64,000 nt of DNA from Spirochaetota bacterium (lineage in GTDB: Bacteria > Spirochaetota > UBA4802 > JAFGDQ01): contig JAZDKB010000018.1 of NCBI GenBank assembly GCA_043803405.1, forward strand, positions 128,001 to 192,000, given 5' to 3'. Below are positions 60,231 through 64,000 of the stretch, piece after piece (position 1 is the first letter of the stretch; each line of letters begins with the position of its first letter). The notes under the pieces were generated by a model. The model worked only from the letters and a program-made list of their open reading frames with translations. It ran no database searches and was not told the DNA's origin. The translations under genes were made by a program, and so were the position numbers.

Positions 60231-61670
60231 TTAGTAATACTTCCCCATCAGGACATCTTCGAATAAATATTTCTGGTTGTCGGCTTTTTCTTCAAAATGG
60301 ATCGGATAATTTCCGTTAAAGCAGGCCATGCAGAACTGCATTTCAGGTTTATCAATAGCTTTCATCAGAGTTTCTGTGCTTAAATACTCTATCGAATCCA
60401 CCCTGAGATATTTTCTAATCTCCTCGATCGTATGAGTTGCTGCAATCAGTTCGCTGCGCGTCGGAATGTCGATCCCGTAAAAGCACGGAAATTTTGTAGG
60501 CGGAGCGGATATCCTTATGTGAATTTCTTTTGCGCCGGCGTTCCTGAACATCTTCATAATTTTACGCATTGTGGTGCCGCGCATTATGGAGTCATCCACG
60601 ACCACCACTCTTTTGCCTTTTATCGCGGATTTAATGACATTATACTTTATTTTTGCACCAAAGTCCCTTATCTTCTGGGACGGCTCAATAAAAGTCCTTC
60701 CTATGTAATGGCTCCGTATCATTCCGGTTTCATAAGGTATGCCGGATTCCTTGGCAAATCCAAGCGCTGCGACTATGGAAGAATCCGGGATGGGAACAAC
60801 GATGTCCGCTTCAATGGGCGACTGCCTGTAAAGCATTCTTCCCAGCGCTATTCTCATATCGTAGACCGAGTGATTAAAGATGATGCTGTCCGGTCTTGAA
60901 AAATAAATATATTCGAAAACACAAAGCGAGTGCTTTTCTTTTTTAAAAGGATAATACGATTTAACGCCGTTCTTCGATATCTCAATAAGCTCGCCCGGCT
61001 CTATTTCCCTTTCGTATTCGGCGTCAATAATGTCAAACGCACAGGTCTCGGATGCAACAACATGAGCGCTGCCAAGGCTTCCGAGCACCAGCGGTCTGAA
61101 GCCATTCGGATCCCTCACCGCGTAAATCGTATCCTTGTTCATTATTAGAAGCGAATAAGCTCCCTTTATCTGCTTAAGAGCGTGTATCAGGGCTGTCAGG
61201 AAATCCTTAAACCCGGACTTTGCCATCAGGTGAATAATGACTTCCGAATCAATAGAAGTCTGGAATAATGAGCCCTCGCTTTCAAGCCTGTTCCTTAATT
61301 CTGCCGTATTGACCAGGTTCCCGTTGTGTGATAATACCATGGGACCAAGTATGGAATCCGCTCTTAGAGGCTGCGCGTTCCGGAGAAAAGATGAACCTGT
61401 TGTGGAATACCTGTTGTGCCCAATGGCCATGTGGCCGCGCAGATTTGTGATATCTTCTTCTTTGCCAAAGACATCGGTTACTTTACCCATGCCTGCATAC
61501 CTGTATATGTGCAAGCCATCAGAGGATGCTATGCCCGCAGATTCCTGCCCCCTGTGCTGAAGAGTGTATAAACCAAGATAAGTCAGGTTTGAAGCATCTT
61601 CACGTCCGTATACCCCAAAAACGCCGCATTCTTCCCTGGGTTTATTTTCTCCTATATCATATACCGTCAT
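60231..61670 (-). CDS. purF: Amidophosphoribosyltransferase
   Basis: Propeptide then EECGVFG, LQHRGQE, HNRYST, VVDDSIMRGTT, Fe-S cysteines CFYG and CMAC. Confidence 0.98.
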   Translation of the reverse strand: MTVYDIGENKPREECGVFGVYGREDASNLTYLGLYTLQHRGQESAGIASSDGLHIYRYAGMGKVTDVFGKEEDITNLRGHMAIGHNRYSTTGSSFLRNAQPLRADSILGPMVLSHNGNLVNTAELRNRLESEGSLFQTSIDSEVIIHLMAKSGFKDFLTALIHALKQIKGAYSLLIMNKDTIYAVRDPNGFRPLVLGSLGSAHVVASETCAFDIIDAEYEREIEPGELIEISKNGVKSYYPFKKEKHSLCVFEYIYFSRPDSIIFNHSVYDMRIALGRMLYRQSPIEADIVVPIPDSSIVAALGFAKESGIPYETGMIRSHYIGRTFIEPSQKIRDFGAKIKYNVIKSAIKGKRVVVVDDSIMRGTTMRKIMKMFRNAGAKEIHIRISAPPTKFPCFYGIDIPTRSELIAATHTIEEIRKYLRVDSIEYLSTETLMKAIDKPEMQFCMACFNGNYPIHFEEKADNQKYLFEDVLMGKYY

Positions 61671-62048
61671 TTATTCCTCCAAACAGTTGCTTCTGCACTA
61701 TAACGAGTGAATTCATATTTTGTAAATACTTATTATTTCTACAGGGGAATAAAATCTGTATTTTTTTAATAAGATAATTGACTAATATAAATACATATCC
61801 TAACATAACAACGGTCTAAAACAGGAGATTAATTCTCCTTTAAACTGTCAATTGTTTTTGATGCATCAGAATATATCAAAATAGGTTTTGTTGCAGAAAT
61901 TACCTTTATACTTTTAGTAGAGTATAATAATATATTAAAAATTTATCTGTAAGGCTATAAAATTTAAATAATATTAAGCTGGTTGCATTTTTTAAAGTTA
62001 AATCCGGTTTTGCAACGACCCAATAATATTATTTGCAGGAGTAAATTA

Positions 62049-62636
62049 ATGAAAGTAATTCATATAATTAAAAAAATAGAATCAATAGATGAGGATATTA
62101 AGGAGCTAAGAAAGCTCGAAAAATCTCTGCAAAAAGACAAGTCCTTTTCAACACCTATTTATATATCAATTGAAAAGCAGATAAATATATTGCTGGGAGA
62201 CAGAATTAAGATGCTTGAGCTCAAGATTGCAAATCCTCCTCTTGACATGTTAAAGGATATTGAAGGAGCAGAGGCTGAAGAGGCATCTGAAAAAAAACCG
62301 GAAAAATCGGTAAAAAAAGCAAAGCCGAAAAAAGACAAGTCTTCAGTAAAAGCAGGCGATGAAACGGATGAGATAGAGGACATTGACGACATTGGCATTT
62401 TAACGCAGGATTTAATAGACGAAAAGTTCGCCAGGTTAAAAGAAGAAAAAGATCTTATTGATAAAAAATTAGCCGGCCCGATGCGTAATAAAGATGATGA
62501 AGACAGCATAAGCGATGAAAGCATTAAGCTCCTGGACGTTGCACTTGAGAACGGCTCTCTTAACAAGACTTCACTTGATAAAGAAAGGAAGAAGGTCAGA
62601 TTCTTTAAAGATAATTTTCCGGGCGGGGATTACTAA
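62049..62636 (+). CDS. Hypothetical charged/coiled-coil protein; start ATG 62049
   Basis: Open frame with RBS GCAGGAG; Lys/Glu/Asp-rich; no recognised motif. Confidence 0.65.
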   Translation: MKVIHIIKKIESIDEDIKELRKLEKSLQKDKSFSTPIYISIEKQINILLGDRIKMLELKIANPPLDMLKDIEGAEAEEASEKKPEKSVKKAKPKKDKSSVKAGDETDEIEDIDDIGILTQDLIDEKFARLKEEKDLIDKKLAGPMRNKDDEDSISDESIKLLDVALENGSLNKTSLDKERKKVRFFKDNFPGGDY

Positions 62637-62642
62637 AATTAT

Positions 62643-64000
62643 TTAAGCTTTTTTCATACCTTTTTCAAGCATCGATTCAATTTTATATTTCTCCAGAAAA
62701 TAGATTGTGCTGCCCATTTCGCTTTCGTTTTTATTCAGATTTTTAAATGCTACTTCTCTTACAATAACGCTAACATTCATGCCTTTCTTTTTATCCTGCA
62801 AAAGCTTTGCCGATATGCTCCCTAAATCTTTAAAAGACACAAACCCTGAGGAAGTTTTATCCTGATATATAATATTATAGAATGTTTCGTTATCGCGTCT
62901 TTCAATGAGAGCCGCAAGCGCGCGTTTATTTTCCGAAATTAAAATCAGCTTTCCTTTAACTATTGCCGTTTCATCAACAACAGACAATTCCCCGAACCTG
63001 TCGATCAGCAGCTTATTAATTTTAAATGTATTCTTTTTCTTCTCCGAAATCTGTGCTGTTTTGGTTAGGCGCTTAACAATATTCTGGCAAAAATCATACA
63101 GATAAGTCAGGAATTCCTCCTTCATTGCAATCGGTTTTATGAATGAAAACAAATTCCCGGTTTCATTAACTATATAAGTAAAAAACAGATTTCCTTTTTC
63201 TTCATACGCAGCCGTAAGAATATTGTTTTCAGAAATATTGCGTAGCGCACTTAATGAAGTAAATACCGGGTCTCCGGAGAAAAAACCGTATTCAATTTGC
63301 TTTTTCGGTTTTATAGTTATGGCAGTTAAAAGATTGATTATATTCGGATAAATACCGGTTTCTATTTCTTCACCGTTTCTTATTACCATCACCAGTTTTG
63401 TTCCGATATTTGCGATAAATCCGGCTGATGTTTTTTTCCTGTCTTCGATTATGGCAGCATAGGCTTCTTTAAATAAGCTGATTATTCTTTTAAACGGTTT
63501 TTTATATGGATCAGGCGTGTTAATTGCGCAATGATCTTCAAAACTTTTTTTTAATTTATTGCCGTCTTTTAAAACAGTAAAAAGTATATTAATGAGATCT
63601 TCTTCGGAATTATATTCTTTTAAATATGATTCGCCCCAGCTTGTATGATAAAGAAAATGCAGTGTCTGAATTTCTTCGGGATTTTCAATATTAAAATTAA
63701 CTATTAAGAAATTTAACAGATTAAAAACAGGACTCAGAAAATAATCATTTCTTAAAACGATCCTCTCTTCTTTAAAAAAATTGGAACTTTGATCGAGAAA
63801 GCTCAGTACCTGCTGCTGATTGATCCTTGTGTATCCAGACTGTATGTTCACCCTGGTAAAACCCGGATAAAATATCTGGTTAAGAGATGTCCAGATTAAA
63901 AGTTTCAGCAAATTGCTTTCAGTCTTCAGTGTGGTTGTTATAAAACTGTCGGTTTTTACGGTGTTTCTTTTATACAATCTCCACTCTATGTTGTTAACAG
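62643..64000 (-). CDS. C-terminal part of a large protein, probably class I adenylate cyclase (5' end outside window)
   Basis: Frame open to window edge; LLKLLIWTSLNQIF, FLYHTSWGE (cf. LYRNSWNE of CyaA), YIVNETG. Confidence 0.45.
   Translation of the reverse strand, partial: VNNIEWRLYKRNTVKTDSFITTTLKTESNLLKLLIWTSLNQIFYPGFTRVNIQSGYTRINQQQVLSFLDQSSNFFKEERIVLRNDYFLSPVFNLLNFLIVNFNIENPEEIQTLHFLYHTSWGESYLKEYNSEEDLINILFTVLKDGNKLKKSFEDHCAINTPDPYKKPFKRIISLFKEAYAAIIEDRKKTSAGFIANIGTKLVMVIRNGEEIETGIYPNIINLLTAITIKPKKQIEYGFFSGDPVFTSLSALRNISENNILTAAYEEKGNLFFTYIVNETGNLFSFIKPIAMKEEFLTYLYDFCQNIVKRLTKTAQISEKKKNTFKINKLLIDRFGELSVVDETAIVKGKLILISENKRALAALIERRDNETFYNIIYQDKTSSGFVSFKDLGSISAKLLQDKKKGMNVSVIVREVAFKNLNKNESEMGSTIYFLEKYKIESMLEKGMKKA

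Overview
AT-rich bacterial chromosomal window, densely coding, with no rRNA, CRISPR array, integrase or intact transposase. The organism appears diderm and probably anaerobic; gene style suggests Spirochaetota with many deltaproteobacterial-like genes, which is an inference only. Housekeeping genes are dtd, glgP, the system II cytochrome c maturation pair, rubrerythrin, a peroxiredoxin, tRNA-Trp, purF and a probable class I adenylate cyclase cut by the right edge. Two accessory blocks stand out. (1) 14.9-34.7 kb is a fragmented aryl-polyene/flexirubin-like type II lipid pathway: CoA ligase, thioesterase, fused DAK2-DegV fatty-acid kinase, GT2, MMPL-methyltransferase fusion, acyltransferase, B12 radical SAM, LolA-like carrier, FabG and dehydratase, with no ketosynthase or ACP in the window. 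(2) 50.6-59.9 kb is the best candidate for an undescribed system: OM barrel, exbB-exbD-tonB, TonB-dependent receptor, ECF sigma, membrane-anchored putative anti-sigma and an exported caspase-family protease with beta-helix repeats. Three upstream regions there share GT(A/G)ACA-N17-TGTT(T/G)AAT, and the protease and putative anti-sigma share a TR(I/L)KG motif that may be the cleavage site. Two cargo cassettes are bracketed by diverged duplicates of the neighbouring gene's 3' end, one differing only at synonymous sites. About a dozen small palindromic REP/MITE-like elements of several families occupy intergenic regions. All family calls come from motif recognition by eye, not database searches.
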